Part shown: piece by piece, positions 63,169 to 64,000 of the stretch
Layout: every line of letters starts with the position of its first letter
How positions within the stretch are numbered: position 1 is the first letter of the stretch
Origin: Octopus sinensis
Taxonomy: Eukaryota
Direction: 5' to 3'
Assembly: GCF_006345805.1 (NCBI RefSeq)
Contig: NC_043009.1
Location: 36,580,001-36,644,000 of the forward strand
DNA: 64,000 bases
The notes under the pieces: model-generated
Database searches by the model: none
The model's input: the letters and a program-made list of their open reading frames with translations, nothing else
Told to the model about the DNA's origin: nothing
Translations under genes and position numbers: made by a program

Positions 63169-63385
63169 CACTTATGGTATCATTATCATATTTCTGTTGA
63201 AATATATTTTCCTTCCAATTAATTTCAGAAATAATGGAGAATATAGTAAAATAATATCATGATTATTAAGATGTTTAGAACATAAATTAACAAGAAATTT
63301 TAATGGGAAATTGTAATTTAGATCACTTTAGAAGTTTGTACCATAAAACCAAGGGCAATCTTGGGCAGTTTGGTATCAAAAAGGG
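63169..63385 (+). mobile_element. piggyBac-type MITE, degenerate, same family as 17749-17939
   Basis: Shared internal gaagaatttag..aaaat..tttagatcacttta; ends ggtatcaaaaaggg|taaa. Confidence 0.55.
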
Positions 63386-63575
63386 TAAACTAAACATCCC
63401 TGTTGATATAGCACCTTGAACATCTCAAATTTTGTGTAATTTCTATTTTTTGTGACTAAGAAGAAACCACATGGTTTTAGGTTCAGTCCCATTGTGTGGA
63501 AACTTTGGACTAGTGTTTTCTGTTATAGCCCTAGATTGACCTTCGTGAGTGAATTTGGTGGACAGAAACTGTATG

Positions 63576-63798
63576 AAGGCGGCAAGCTGGCAGAAACGGT
63601 AGAACACTGGGCGAAATGCTTAGCGGTATTTTGTCTGCCCTAACGTTCTGAGTTCAAATTCTGCCAAGGTCGACTTTACCTTTCATCCTTTTGGGGTCGA
63701 TAAACTAAGTATCAGTTATGCACTGGGGTCAATATAATCGACTTAATCCCTTTGTCTGTCCCCTCTGTGTATAGCCCCTTGTGGGAAATAAAGAAATA
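63576..63798 (+). mobile_element. SINE family A nested in an old family-B-like SINE (about 63445-63990)
   Basis: 12-bp TSD agaaactgtatg at 63564-63575 and 63799-63810. Confidence 0.88.
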
Positions 63799-64000
63799 AG
63801 AAACTGTATGGAAGCTTCTCATTTATGCATGCATATATTTATGTGTGTGTATGTCTGTGCATGTCTCTCTGTGCGTGGGTTTCTCCTTCAACATACATTC
63901 ACTGCTTGACAAGTAGTGTTGGTTTGTCTACACCCCACTAACTTAGGGGTTCAGCAAAATAGCCCAACAGAATAATTACCAAACTTAGGGGGAAAAAAAA

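Noticed and set aside
61687-64000. Upstream GTF2H1 exon(s) encoding the first ~50 aa
   Set aside because: I found no matching sequence by eye; it probably lies beyond the window.

Overview
AT-rich, microsatellite- and SINE-dense animal genomic DNA. The repeat families resemble those I know from Octopus, so the species is an inference. Two convergent multi-exon genes are present, and their 5' coding exons were not found in the window. On + is a PHRF1-like gene (RING, PHD, a 4.2-kb low-complexity exon and an SFR19/SCAF-type C-terminal domain; 12 coding exons, 2618-29734, about 1960 codons). On - is GTF2H1/TFIIH p62 (12 coding exons, 61686-42445, about 504 aa). All exons were placed by hand, have AG/GT boundaries, and join in a continuous reading frame. 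Introns and the intergenic gap hold tRNA-derived SINEs, RTE LINE copies and short RTE-tail elements, HERO-like, CRE-like and CR1/L2-group LINE remnants, a Penelope-like remnant, Tc1/mariner remnants, TTAA piggyBac-type MITEs and two non-autonomous Helitrons. The most notable observations are decayed minimal hammerhead-ribozyme folds (36357-36452 on -, 27333-27375 on +), a C4HC3 PHD-like finger inside the RTE reverse transcriptase, higher-order hairpin arrays in RTE 3' UTRs, and a candidate alternative terminal exon of PHRF1. There is no CRISPR array, rRNA or true tRNA gene. No database search or folding program was run.
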